Shown here piece by piece: positions 20,198 to 30,506 of a stretch of 64,000 nucleotides of DNA (positions within the stretch are counted from its first letter, which is position 1; each line of letters starts with the position of its first letter). The notes under the pieces are model-generated. The model saw nothing but the letters and a program-made list of their open reading frames with translations, did no database searches and was not told the origin of the DNA. The stretch spans positions 1-64,000 of IMG/VR virus record IMGVR_UViG_2895847146_000001; one strand, 5' to 3'. Position numbers and translations under genes: made by a program. Source of the stretch: a virus (Duplodnaviria > Caudoviricetes).

Positions 20198-20611
20198 ATG
20201 ACGCAACCCTACACCTTGCAGCTACGCCCGTCTTGCCCTGCGCACGGCGTCTACCTGCGCTGGCTCAGCCCGCTGGGCAACTGGGAACCGTGGCTTTTCG
20301 ATGGCGACATGGACCCCACCACAGTACCAGAAGCCGGTACCGTATTTCGGCCTGAGCAGGGGCCGACCCTACTGCTGCGCCGGGGCGGCGTCGACAAGCT
20401 GTTGCTCCGGGCCGGCAATCTAACCCCAGCCCAGCATGCCACGCTGACCACGTTGCTGGATTCCCCCCAGGTATATATGCAGGAAGCGTCCGGCCAGCTC
20501 ACCGCTGTGTTGGTGACGGCCGCCCCGGCCGGCCGCACGTCGTCGGACAACCGCACCACTTTCGATGTGGAAGTCGTGCTGCGTCCGCGTAATCCTTTGA
20601 CCCGCGTGTAA
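20198..20611 (+). CDS. Tail protein
   Basis: GVYLRWLSPLGNWEPWLF motif, recalled from Bacteroidota phage tail proteins. Confidence 0.6.
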   Translation: MTQPYTLQLRPSCPAHGVYLRWLSPLGNWEPWLFDGDMDPTTVPEAGTVFRPEQGPTLLLRRGGVDKLLLRAGNLTPAQHATLTTLLDSPQVYMQEASGQLTAVLVTAAPAGRTSSDNRTTFDVEVVLRPRNPLTRV

Positions 20612-22677
20612 TGGCAGCTGCTCTGGTTTTAGCCGATGGCCGCCGCTTGCCGCTGACTGCTGAGCAGCGCGTCGGCGTGACGGTGCAGGCCAACAACCTG
20701 CTGAAGGTAAACTCGGTGCAAAGCGACTACTCGTCGACGTTGAACCTAGCCGACACGCCCGAGGTGCGTGCGGCCCTGGAACAGGCGCAGCACGGGCCCG
20801 CATTGACGGAGCTGCCCTACCAGCTGCTTCCCTGTACGCTGGAGTCCAACAGCCTGGAAGTACTGCCCAATGCCGTGGCCATTGTCGAGCAGCACGAGAC
20901 AGGCAAGGGCTTCGAAGCGCAGGTCGTGGGCGGCAATGAGCCGTTCTATGCGGCTATCGAGGGCAAGAAGCTGCAGGAGTTGACCTTCCCCGAATCGACG
21001 GAGCACGACTGGCTGCATGCCCAGGCCGTCACCGGTGCAGGCCATACTTCCTGGAAGCAGGGCTACGTGTACGACCTCTACGACCGGGGCAAAGGCGGTC
21101 CCGCCGAGGGCGACAAGGTGCACCTGTTCACCGATGACGTATTCCCCAGCGTGTACGTGCGCGCCGTCTGGGAGCAGCTCTTTGCTGAGTCGGGCTACCG
21201 GTGGGCCGGGCCACTGCCCGAGCTCTTTGACCGGCTACTGCTGCCCACCACCGTGATGGCCGGCTATGGGGAAGCGTTCCGGAAGGCCCGCAAGCTCCGA
21301 GCCGGGATTGGCCCGGGCAACGCCCAGTACGGCAACGCCTACGAAGGACGGGAGGAAATCATCTTTACCGTGCCCTACGACTCGGTGGATGCGAAATACG
21401 GCTATGCCGCCCCAACGGCCAAGGGCATCTATAACCCCGTCACGCGCACCTGGAAGGCGCTGGAGCCCTGCTACGTCAATGCCAGCGCTCTGACCAACGT
21501 CATTCTGGATTCGCCCTACGGTAGCGGCCGGGCCCAACTCTTCTTCTACATGGGCTCGAAAGAGCTGGCCGGCGGTACGCTGACTGAGAGTAAGAAAGGG
21601 GCCGGCCACACGACGGTTTCGCCGTCAGTGAACCTGAACCGCTTCCTGCTGCAGGCCGGCGAGGAGCTGCACGTGCGCATCAAGCTCAGCCCGGGCGAGG
21701 GCGTGCTGGCCAAGTGGGGTTTCGAAGCCTTCAATGGGGTAGTGTATGCCGTCAACGGCAACGTGCTGACGCTGGACCACTTCACGGTGGAAGTGCTGCC
21801 GGACTTTCCGCCCGGGGGCCGCGTTCGGCTGCAGGACCTGCTGCCCGACCTCTCCCAGCAGGATTTTGTCAAAGCCATCATCGGCCTTTTCGGGCTTACC
21901 CAGCAAACCGACCCTTACACCCGCACGGTACACTTCACACCCACGGGCCCGGCTCTCGTAGCGGGCCTGAGCCGGGCTCCGGACTGGCAGCCGCGCATCG
22001 ATGCCGACGAGCCCGCGCCGCGGCTCTTCCATCTGCCCGGCGTGGCCCAGCAAAACTGGTTTCGCTGGAAGAAGGATGAGACCAATCTGGACGGCTCCAG
22101 CGAGCTGGGCAATGGTTTCTTGGCCTGCAATGACACCACGCTCGAGCGGACCCAGGATGTGCTGACCCTGCCGTGGGCAGCAACGGTCGTTTCAGAAAGC
22201 GGGCTGCTCTTGCTGCCTACCTACAAGGTGCGTGAAGGGGAAGTGTCGGTGGAAATTGTCTACGACGAGAAGCGGCGGCCCTTCTTTCGGCGGCGGGGGA
22301 CAGCGGTGGTAACCCCGGTATATGACAAGCAGACGCCGACGCCGCGTCTGGTCGTGCAGACCAACCAGACGCGTACCGTGACCTTGGAGGATGGTCAGGC
22401 CTCGGCCGTTATCCGGCCCCGTATCACCACGTTTGCCGGCCTGGACTTCGCGGCTGACCTGCTCCCCTCCTACTACCAGCACCTGCGGGCTGTGTATGCC
22501 CGCCCCCTGATACTCAAGCCCTCCGTGCGCCTGAGCGCGCAGCAGGTCATGGATTTCAGCCAGCTCCAGCCCGTGTGGTTGGAAACGGAAGGCAGCTACT
22601 TCTACTGCAATAAAATCGACAATTGGGAAGAGGCCGACGCCTCTACGCCGGTGGAGTTGCTGCGGTTGACGTTCTGA
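20611..22677 (+). CDS. Tail tip/hub-like structural protein
   Basis: 688 aa; PSVYVRAV, LPDLSQQDFVK, YFYCNKIDNW...VELLRL. Confidence 0.65.
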   Translation: MAAALVLADGRRLPLTAEQRVGVTVQANNLLKVNSVQSDYSSTLNLADTPEVRAALEQAQHGPALTELPYQLLPCTLESNSLEVLPNAVAIVEQHETGKGFEAQVVGGNEPFYAAIEGKKLQELTFPESTEHDWLHAQAVTGAGHTSWKQGYVYDLYDRGKGGPAEGDKVHLFTDDVFPSVYVRAVWEQLFAESGYRWAGPLPELFDRLLLPTTVMAGYGEAFRKARKLRAGIGPGNAQYGNAYEGREEIIFTVPYDSVDAKYGYAAPTAKGIYNPVTRTWKALEPCYVNASALTNVILDSPYGSGRAQLFFYMGSKELAGGTLTESKKGAGHTTVSPSVNLNRFLLQAGEELHVRIKLSPGEGVLAKWGFEAFNGVVYAVNGNVLTLDHFTVEVLPDFPPGGRVRLQDLLPDLSQQDFVKAIIGLFGLTQQTDPYTRTVHFTPTGPALVAGLSRAPDWQPRIDADEPAPRLFHLPGVAQQNWFRWKKDETNLDGSSELGNGFLACNDTTLERTQDVLTLPWAATVVSESGLLLLPTYKVREGEVSVEIVYDEKRRPFFRRRGTAVVTPVYDKQTPTPRLVVQTNQTRTVTLEDGQASAVIRPRITTFAGLDFAADLLPSYYQHLRAVYARPLILKPSVRLSAQQVMDFSQLQPVWLETEGSYFYCNKIDNWEEADASTPVELLRLTF

Positions 22678-22874
22678 AGGTAAAGATAGGTTGGCTACTT
22701 CAGGATTGGAAAGTCGGGGTGCCGCGTGGGCGGTTGCGTTGGTTGCAGTTTGCGCACCTTTGGGGTGTGTAAATAAATAATGGCCTTTGCCGGGGCTGTT
22801 TTTCGCAGGAGGTCATCCCTTGCCGGGGTTGGCCTCTTTTGTCTTGTTGATGGATCAAATACAGCTAATTTTTG

Positions 22875-22913
22875 CCATTGTAAAAAACATTTGTGCAATG
22901 TTTTTTACAATGG
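22875..22913. promoter_or_regulatory. 17-bp perfect inverted repeat, putative operator
   Basis: CCATTGTAAAAAACATT-N5-AATGTTTTTTACAATGG upstream of the RHH gene. Confidence 0.65.
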
Positions 22914-22943
22914 GAATAAATGATTTATTGTACCTTCGATATT

Positions 22944-23120
22944 ATGGAACAGCAACCCAAGCGGCAGGGCCGCCCACCTAAAGACCCAGCTCGACACAAG
23001 CGGAACCGCACACTATCTCTTACTGATGAGGAGTATGCCAAGCTGGCCCACTTAGCGACAGCAGCAAATAGGGGAATAAGCGAATATGTAATTGAGAAAC
23101 TTGGGCTAAATCAACCTTGA
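22944..23120 (+). CDS. Small ribbon-helix-helix DNA-binding protein
   Basis: GRPP..RTLSLTDEEY..L..LA....ISEYV. Confidence 0.7.
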   Translation: MEQQPKRQGRPPKDPARHKRNRTLSLTDEEYAKLAHLATAANRGISEYVIEKLGLNQP

Positions 23121-23227
23121 ATGTATAGTACATATAAGCACTTTAGCCAATAATAATGGCTTAAGCTTATCGTGATACACGAGGACACCCAATTCAAAAA
23201 AAACTTTTGACCAATACTTGTCTTGAC

Positions 23228-24616
23228 ATGGTTTACTTATTGAAATTATATATAGGAGATTTCCAGCAATTTAAAAGGTTTGTTCTTGACCTAACATATT
23301 CAGAAGGGCCTATGAAGGGTAAACCATTGAATAAGTTATGCTTTATTGGCAAAAATGGAACAGGAAAGTCAACATTACTTCAAATTATAGAGGAAGTAAT
23401 ACACGATAACACTGTTGCCTCTAATGCTACTCGGCCAGCCGGTTCTTGCGTGGCTAAAATACAGAGCAATGAAAAGATATTTTACATACACTATGGCAGT
23501 AACTTGCGACATAACCGCAAAAGTCGCAGGATATTTTCGCAAGAAATAGAAACAATAAGCGATTATGAAAACAAGATCCTTGACTTAATGTCATCTGATG
23601 ATTTAGCTTTTCAAGTATCAGAAAGCTATTTTGTACGATTCGAATTACCCATGTCTGAACATGCTAATTTTTTAACTCCCAAAGTTTTAAACAAATTACT
23701 AATTACTGTACCTGCTGAGACACATCAAAATACTTACAAAACTTTGGACGATGTTCCTGAGACTAGTGTAAATGAAGCATTAAGCCTTTTTCATACAACT
23801 CCATACAAGCATGTAGTATCTTCAGAAACAGTGACGAATTTTTGGAAAACAATAATATATTTAATAAAGAAGCGCGAAAGTGACCTGACAGTATTCAGGA
23901 ATATGGAAGCAAATCTAGACAGAACTGTAAGAGAAGTAAATCTAGATTTTGAAAAAACAAACCCAAAGATTTTAGAAGAACTTTCGAAATTATGGAATAA
24001 CATTCTTGAAAAGGGTGGTTTGATTTTCGATATCCAGAGCGCAAACAACCCTGTGCAACTCAATGATAATTTGAAAGCATATATAAAAATTCGATCTACC
24101 GGCGATAATATAAGCTACAGTAGACTTAGTACAGGTATACGAAATTTTATTTTTAAGCTAGGACATGTGTTCTCTTTATATTTTGGCAGAGAAATACAAC
24201 AAGGCTATCTATTGCTTGATGAGCCAGAGAATAGCTTGTTTCCAGACCTTTTATATGATTTGATTGATTTGTATACTAGAATAACCCATAATACACAGCT
24301 ATTTGTATCGACACATAGCCCTATTGTGGCTGCACAGTTTGATGCTAACGAAAGGCTCGTTCTAGATTTTGATGAATATGGTAAAATTATCAGCAAGCGA
24401 GGTGTAACTCCAGTAGGAGATGACCCTAATGATATTCTTGTAAAAGATTTTGGCATTAGAAGTTTATTAGGAAGAGAGGGCTTGAGTAAATGGGAGCGAT
24501 ACATTGAACTAAGCCTATTAATTAAAAATGAAAGTGATCAAATAAGACAAATGGAGTTACTGCAAGAATATATGACCATTGGTACGTTGTATAATTTCAA
24601 CCAAAATTCAATCTAA
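23228..24616 (+). CDS. ABC/AAA ATPase, PtuA-like
   Basis: GKNGTGKST, LSTG signature, LLLDEPENSLFP, STHSP; AT-rich. Confidence 0.8.
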   Translation: MVYLLKLYIGDFQQFKRFVLDLTYSEGPMKGKPLNKLCFIGKNGTGKSTLLQIIEEVIHDNTVASNATRPAGSCVAKIQSNEKIFYIHYGSNLRHNRKSRRIFSQEIETISDYENKILDLMSSDDLAFQVSESYFVRFELPMSEHANFLTPKVLNKLLITVPAETHQNTYKTLDDVPETSVNEALSLFHTTPYKHVVSSETVTNFWKTIIYLIKKRESDLTVFRNMEANLDRTVREVNLDFEKTNPKILEELSKLWNNILEKGGLIFDIQSANNPVQLNDNLKAYIKIRSTGDNISYSRLSTGIRNFIFKLGHVFSLYFGREIQQGYLLLDEPENSLFPDLLYDLIDLYTRITHNTQLFVSTHSPIVAAQFDANERLVLDFDEYGKIISKRGVTPVGDDPNDILVKDFGIRSLLGREGLSKWERYIELSLLIKNESDQIRQMELLQEYMTIGTLYNFNQNSI

Positions 24617-24618
24617 AA

Positions 24619-25203
24619 ATGAAGTACCTGAATAAACTGGTTAATTCAGATATAGTCATTGAAAATTTATCATATGAAACGTCTAGTGATAGAATTAAGA
24701 TAAAGTCGTCTTTATTACGCGAGCAATACTGTTTTTGTGCCTACTCGGAGAAATATATATGTAAGATTGATGAAGCGCATATTGAGCATTTCGACCCTCG
24801 TTTGAAGAAAACACAAGAGGATGGATATATGAATTGGTATGCAACGCTGCCATGGATGAATTCACATAAGCCAAAGAAAATAGGTCCATACTTGCCAATT
24901 TTACTACCATCATCACCTGATATTACTAATAGAATAACATACAACATTGCAACCAATACATTTGAGGTTGTCAGGTTGGATGATTGCGAAGCAGATAATC
25001 TTATTAAATATTTGGGATTTAATAAGTTTGAATTGGTTGAGGAACGAAAAAAACAAATTAATAGAATAAAACTAATATTTGACACTGTTGGCAAGGACAG
25101 TATGCTATTAATACTTTCTTCACATAAAGAGTATGTGAGCTTTGCAACAGCTCTAGAACATGTGTTTTGCATTGATCTTATGCCTTATATCACTGCCGCA
25201 TAG
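24619..25203 (+). CDS. HNH endonuclease, PtuB-like
   Basis: LLREQ..FCAYSE..HIEHFDP..N..N..K; 2 nt after the ATPase. Confidence 0.75.
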   Translation: MKYLNKLVNSDIVIENLSYETSSDRIKIKSSLLREQYCFCAYSEKYICKIDEAHIEHFDPRLKKTQEDGYMNWYATLPWMNSHKPKKIGPYLPILLPSSPDITNRITYNIATNTFEVVRLDDCEADNLIKYLGFNKFELVEERKKQINRIKLIFDTVGKDSMLLILSSHKEYVSFATALEHVFCIDLMPYITAA

Positions 25204-25422
25204 CTCTAGTATGTATTAGCTGAGCTTAGTTGTTACTGCTCCCACTCCCAATAGGTCTTTAGCGCTTATAAGGATTTTTTCGTATTGTCAGCCATTATGC
25301 CAAACTAGCGAACTTGCCTCTTCCACACTAATGGCACATAAACCAAATCCAACCATTAACTTGCTGGATATTACAAGCACTTATCCTAAGGTTAAAGTCT
25401 AATTTACTCATAAACTATATCA

Positions 25423-25502
25423 CGCGACGTTTTAATCAATCTTCGCGACGAAATGGGGCCACTGCAATTGCAGTGGTTTTTTTTGTGCGGTAGGTTCGGG
25501 GT
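25423..25502 (+). promoter_or_regulatory. Putative late promoter 3
   Basis: CGCGACG at 25423 and 25444; TAGGTTCG 4 nt before ATG 25503. Confidence 0.7.
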
Positions 25503-28379
25503 ATGGCTCAAAACAACACCGAAACCGTTCTTTTCGAAGTCCGGCTTTCAAGCGAACAGCTAAAGGCGGAGATGCAGAAGGTGCGCACCCAGCAGCGCGG
25601 CCTCACCACCGAAATTGCCAAGACGCGGGAAATGCAGAAGCTGCTCACAGCAGACTTCAAGAATGGCAGCGTCTCGGAAAAGGAGTATGGCATCGAGGCC
25701 CAGCGCTTGAGCGAGTTGCTTCGCGCCCAAACCAAGGAACAGGCTGCTGCTACCAAGCAGTTGGATAGCCTCAACACGGTCACTAGTGAAGCAGAGGGCT
25801 CGATCAACCAATTGCGTGCGGAGTTAGCCTTGACGACGGCTAGCTGGAATAGTCTCAGCGAAGTAGAACGAGAAAACTCGGAAGCAGGTAAAGCCCTGCA
25901 GGCACGTACCCGGGCCCTCTCCGATGAGTTGAAAGTACTAGAGGGCAAGGTGGGTGACACCCGCCGTAACGTGGGCAACTATGCCGATGCGCTGAAGGGG
26001 GTGGGTGGTGAGCTGGTTAGCGCAGCCAAAGACAGTGACCTCTTCGGCGGTGCCATGAGCAAGCTCGAAGCGGCCCAACAAACCTACACGAAGGCCCAGG
26101 AGCTGGCAACGCTGGCTATGGGTCAAGGAGCGGCGGCCTCCTCTACCCTGCGCGTGGCCATGCTAGCTATTCCCATCTTTCTGGTAATCGCCGGGCTGGC
26201 CGTGCTGTTCAACTTCCTGAGCAAAACCCAGTCTGGGGCCGACTTCCTGGCTAAGAAAATGGGCGCACTCAAGGGCATTTTCGCCGTCGTAAATCTGGCC
26301 GTTACCGGGTTTGGGGAGATACTGTTCAAGGCCGTGACCAACCCCAAGCAGGGCCTAATTGATCTGGTCGATTTCATCGAGACGAACCTGCTCAACCGGC
26401 TCAAATCCATCGGCGTCATCATCGACGGCATCAAAACGGGTAATGTGACCAAGATTGCCGACGGCTTTGTGCAGGCCGGTACGGGGGTAGCCAATGCCTC
26501 GGCTAAAATCCGGGCCTTCGGGGCTGAGCTGGATGCGGCCGCCGCCGCAGGTGAACGGCTGGCCGCCGTCGAGCGCCAGCTGCAGCGCGACACGGATGAC
26601 AACATCGATACCAATAAGAAGCTCCTCAACCAGGTAGAGCGGCTCAAGAACATCCGGGATAATGAATTCAACTCCCTGGCCGTGCGCAAGCAAGCCAATG
26701 AGGAGGCCTTCAAGTTGGACATGCAGCGTGAAGCCACGCTGGTCGATCTGGCCCGCCGTCGGGTGCAGCTGCTGGCGGCCCAGATTGCCCAGGAGGGCGG
26801 CCGGGATAAGGTCAGCCGGGAACGGTACCAGGAGTTGAAGGAAGCGGAAAACGAGCTGGCCGATATTCAGGAGGACGCGGCGGGGAAGCAAAACGAGTTT
26901 ATTACCACGCGTTTCTCCCTGCAAAAAGAAGTCGAAGAGAAGCTGCGCAAACTGCGGCAGGACTTCCTGAATCTGGAAATAGCCCAGATTGATGCCCGCC
27001 TGCAAAAGGTTGTCGTCGGCAGTGAGCAGGAATTGCAGCTCCAGAAAGCCAAGCTGGGCAAGCAGCGGGCCTTGGAGTTGTCGGAAGCGGACCTGACGGC
27101 CAGTCGGAAAAAGGCAATCGAGGAGAAGTACCGGGCCGATATCGAGCAGTTGAACCGGGACCACCTGCAGAAGCTACGCGAGCAGGCTGCCGAGTCGCAG
27201 CAGATTGCTATTGCCACCCAGCTGGCCCGGGCCCGGGAAGGCAGCCAAGAAGAGTTTCTGCTGAAGGCCCAGGCCATACAGGCCGAACTGGCTGCTAACC
27301 TGGCCGGCATTGACCGGCGCCAAAGTGCCGAGCAGCAGGCTGCGCAGGAGGCTCGTTTCCGAGCGGAAGCAGCCAAGCAGCAAGCCGATCTGGAGTATCA
27401 GCAGTCGTTAACTAATCTGGAAAACAACTTAACTCAACAGCGCACCCTTACCAACCAGCAGTACGCGGCTGGTCAAATAACCAAGGCCCAGCATGAAGCC
27501 GCACTGGAGGCTATCGAGCGGGCTGGTACCGCGGCTCGCATCGTGGTGCAGCAGGATTACAGTCGAGAAACAGTAGCCGAGCAGGAAACACAATCCACTC
27601 AAAGCATACAGACGCTTGAAAAGGAATTAGCACGCAAGGAAGCCATTGCCCAGCAAGAAAATCAGGTGCGTTTGGCCGTTGCCGCTACCGCTGGGGAGGC
27701 AGCAGATCTTGTTATTCAGGCTTTTGGTCAAGAAACTGCGGCTGGGCAAGCGGCTTTGGCGCTGAAGAAAGCAGCAGCATTAGCCGAAATCAGCATCAAT
27801 CTGGCTGTGGAGCTTTCAGCCATTGCGAAAAATGCTTCGGCAAACCCCTTAAACATTCCAACTGCTGGCATTGCTGGTATTTCGCAGGCTGCTATACTTT
27901 CTGGTATTGCGGTAGCAAAAGCTGCATTCGCTACCGCCAAAGTATTAGCCTTTGCTGATGGAGGTATGGTCCGTGGTCCTGGAGGCCCAAAGGACGATCT
28001 TGTCCCAGCCATGCTTTCGGATGGCGAGGCAGTCATGACGGCTGAGGCAGTCCGCAAATTCGGCCCTCTACTGTCTTTCCTCAACGTAGCCGGTGGCGGA
28101 AAATCATTTGGTTATCGAGACCCAATGCCCCGCTCTACCTTGGCTCGGCTGGCAGATGGCGGCGTAGTTCGTTACGATGCCAGCTATATGGCTCAAATGT
28201 CGGGCCGCTTCGGAGGGGGCCAAATCGACTATGAGCAGCTGGCCCAAGCCATTGCCGATAAAGTAGTGCCTGGCTTCTATGCTGCAAACAAAGCCTTGCC
28301 TGCACCAAATCTTAATATCACCGAGTTGCGCGAAAAGCAGAACAAGGTGGCCACCAATGAAAGAAGAGCTGACCGATGA
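25503..28379 (+). CDS. Tail tape measure protein
   Basis: 958 aa Ala/Gln-rich coiled coil, RNVGNY, hydrophobic segment, C-terminal FADGG.V.GPG..DLVPAMLSDGE.V. Confidence 0.85.
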   Translation: MAQNNTETVLFEVRLSSEQLKAEMQKVRTQQRGLTTEIAKTREMQKLLTADFKNGSVSEKEYGIEAQRLSELLRAQTKEQAAATKQLDSLNTVTSEAEGSINQLRAELALTTASWNSLSEVERENSEAGKALQARTRALSDELKVLEGKVGDTRRNVGNYADALKGVGGELVSAAKDSDLFGGAMSKLEAAQQTYTKAQELATLAMGQGAAASSTLRVAMLAIPIFLVIAGLAVLFNFLSKTQSGADFLAKKMGALKGIFAVVNLAVTGFGEILFKAVTNPKQGLIDLVDFIETNLLNRLKSIGVIIDGIKTGNVTKIADGFVQAGTGVANASAKIRAFGAELDAAAAAGERLAAVERQLQRDTDDNIDTNKKLLNQVERLKNIRDNEFNSLAVRKQANEEAFKLDMQREATLVDLARRRVQLLAAQIAQEGGRDKVSRERYQELKEAENELADIQEDAAGKQNEFITTRFSLQKEVEEKLRKLRQDFLNLEIAQIDARLQKVVVGSEQELQLQKAKLGKQRALELSEADLTASRKKAIEEKYRADIEQLNRDHLQKLREQAAESQQIAIATQLARAREGSQEEFLLKAQAIQAELAANLAGIDRRQSAEQQAAQEARFRAEAAKQQADLEYQQSLTNLENNLTQQRTLTNQQYAAGQITKAQHEAALEAIERAGTAARIVVQQDYSRETVAEQETQSTQSIQTLEKELARKEAIAQQENQVRLAVAATAGEAADLVIQAFGQETAAGQAALALKKAAALAEISINLAVELSAIAKNASANPLNIPTAGIAGISQAAILSGIAVAKAAFATAKVLAFADGGMVRGPGGPKDDLVPAMLSDGEAVMTAEAVRKFGPLLSFLNVAGGGKSFGYRDPMPRSTLARLADGGVVRYDASYMAQMSGRFGGGQIDYEQLAQAIADKVVPGFYAANKALPAPNLNITELREKQNKVATNERRADR

Positions 28380-28627
28380 AAGTCATTGATATTTTAAACC
28401 AACTGGATGAAAAAGGGCAGTTGGTTGCACTCTATCGAAGCGGGTGCATCAATGTGCGCACCTATGCATATCGTGATGTTTACCTTCGCTGGCAGACCTT
28501 AAGGGCGTCTATGCGCTATTATGAGGACAACGCCGGTGCCGTGCGTCAGGTCGCTGCTGAAATGGAAATATCCGTTCCCTCAGTGTACAGGGCAATTGCT
28601 GGTATGGAAAAGACTACTGAGGCTTAA
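28376..28627 (+). CDS. Small HTH protein
   Basis: AVRQVAAEMEISVPSVYRAI. Confidence 0.7.
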   Translation: MKVIDILNQLDEKGQLVALYRSGCINVRTYAYRDVYLRWQTLRASMRYYEDNAGAVRQVAAEMEISVPSVYRAIAGMEKTTEA

Positions 28628-29135
28628 CAATGTATTCAAAGCGAAGGTGCTCGAAAGAGTCCGCTACAAATACTTTCGAACCTGGGAGTAGTGGTGCATC
28701 AAGTGGCACCGGTACAGTAGTAGAATAAATCACATACTGTCCTGATGCCCGCGCTGAAGGAGTGGCTGACTCTGGCTCCACACGCTTTATCTCTTTCCCA
28801 TCAGGATCTTGAATGATAATTGTAAGATTATGCGGGTCAGCCTTTTCTAGTTTGTTGCGAGTGAGCATCACCAGCACGTAACCACCGCCAGGTATTTTAG
28901 CTCGCTCCTGAGCAATACGTTCCGCATCCCACATTTTCAAGGCTGCATCCTTGCTTATCTGTTGGTCTATCTCCTTGGCCTGAGCATACATAATTGGCAA
29001 CCCATCATTATAGGTCACATTCCACACATCAGGGTCAAACTTAGATTGCTTAGGCTCTTTATGCTTCGGTAGCTCCTTTTGAGCAGTAGCCAAAGAAGGA
29101 AGTGCAAGAAGAAGCAAGAGAGCAAAATGGCGCAT
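28614..29135 (-). CDS. Secreted hypothetical protein (moron)
   Basis: Signal peptide MRHFALLLLLALPSLATAQ; own TATCTTGG box; antisense to the late operon. Confidence 0.7.
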   Translation of the reverse strand: MRHFALLLLLALPSLATAQKELPKHKEPKQSKFDPDVWNVTYNDGLPIMYAQAKEIDQQISKDAALKMWDAERIAQERAKIPGGGYVLVMLTRNKLEKADPHNLTIIIQDPDGKEIKRVEPESATPSARASGQYVIYSTTVPVPLDAPLLPGSKVFVADSFEHLRFEYIVKPQ

Positions 29136-29237
29136 AAGCAGTGCGAAAATGAAAATACGTCGCCAAGATAACTAACTGTATCAGAATGATGATACAGTAG
29201 TTCAACGTTCGCGGAATAGTACACAGACCTTCGTAGC

Positions 29238-30440
29238 ATGTCTGAAGCGAAGGTTCTTATTAGTGGCCCAATTGTCGGTGACTCCAGCGAGGCTGGGGAC
29301 GCCTGGCCGTATACAACGCTGGAAGATGTTCTCTCCCAGCTTGAATGGCAGAGGCCCTACGACTCGGTGCGCGTGCTGATTAACTCGCCCGGCGGCCGGC
29401 TTGATAAGGGCCTCGGCATCTACGACAAGCTACGCACCCTGGGCCCCGACATCACGGTTACCACCGAAGCCATCGGGCAGTGCTCCAGTATTGCCACGAT
29501 TGTTTTTCTGGCTGGCTCGACGCGCTTGATCCACGAGCATACCGAATGCCTGATTCACCTGCCCCGTGGTGGTTGTGAGGGGGCTACTCCTGCCCAGGCC
29601 CAACAGTGGGCCGACGATATGCTGGCTGCTCAGCAGAAAATGATTGATATCAGCGTGGAGCGCACTGGGCAAGCTGCCGAGGTGATTGCTGCCCGCATGG
29701 CCGAGGAAAAGAATGTTTCGCCCTCGGATATGCTGGCCTTGGGCTTTGCCACGCTCGTGCTCAAACCCGTGACGGCCTTGGCCACGCTGCCTATCCTGGC
29801 AGCTTCTCCCGCTTCTTCCACCGATGATACGCCCAGCTGGGCGCAAACGCTCATGTCCAAATTCACTGCAGCCCTCGCGGCTATGACCCTGGCTGTTGCC
29901 GGGGCAAACAAACCCGTTACCGCTCTGGCTCCTACCGCCACCGATACTTCTAGCGCGACGACGGCGCTGGCCGTGGAGTCGGATAAAGGGCAACTCACCA
30001 TCGAAACAGGCGACCGGACCACCTACGAAGTGGGCGACAAGGTAACGGCCCCCGATTCGCCTTCTGACCCAGTAGCCGACGGAGACTACGTGCTGACCGA
30101 TGGCCATACCATCACCGTCACGGCTGAACTCATTTCCGCTATAGTTCCCACGGTAGAAGCAACAGCCAGCGCTGAACAGGATGAGACGATGGGCCAGGTG
30201 CTGGCAGCCATCACGAATCTGGCCAATGAGGTGAAAGGAATCAAGCAAACAGTAGCCGCTACCACGGCAGCCACCAACAATCGGCTGAACACGATTGCTG
30301 CTGCAACAGGCAGCACAGGCATCGTCGAGCCTGATTCAGTTATCACAGCCTCGCAGCAAGGCAAGAATACCACCATTGCCACAGGCCAATCGGCTGCGGA
30401 CCGCCGCGCCGAAAAGCAGAAGCAAACCCGTCGCCTCTAA
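29238..30440 (+). CDS. Clp-type head maturation protease with scaffold-like C-terminus
   Basis: INSPGG, CSSIAT, IHLP; upstream of the capsid gene. Confidence 0.85.
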   Translation: MSEAKVLISGPIVGDSSEAGDAWPYTTLEDVLSQLEWQRPYDSVRVLINSPGGRLDKGLGIYDKLRTLGPDITVTTEAIGQCSSIATIVFLAGSTRLIHEHTECLIHLPRGGCEGATPAQAQQWADDMLAAQQKMIDISVERTGQAAEVIAARMAEEKNVSPSDMLALGFATLVLKPVTALATLPILAASPASSTDDTPSWAQTLMSKFTAALAAMTLAVAGANKPVTALAPTATDTSSATTALAVESDKGQLTIETGDRTTYEVGDKVTAPDSPSDPVADGDYVLTDGHTITVTAELISAIVPTVEATASAEQDETMGQVLAAITNLANEVKGIKQTVAATTAATNNRLNTIAAATGSTGIVEPDSVITASQQGKNTTIATGQSAADRRAEKQKQTRRL

Positions 30441-30506
30441 TCCAGCATCCGCCTTTGCCTGCGCCCAGGCATTCTCTTTTCTACACGTTCATTTTCAACT
30501 ACAGCG

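Noticed and set aside
22677-25420. Retron system
   Set aside because: PtuAB-like effector present but no reverse transcriptase in the window
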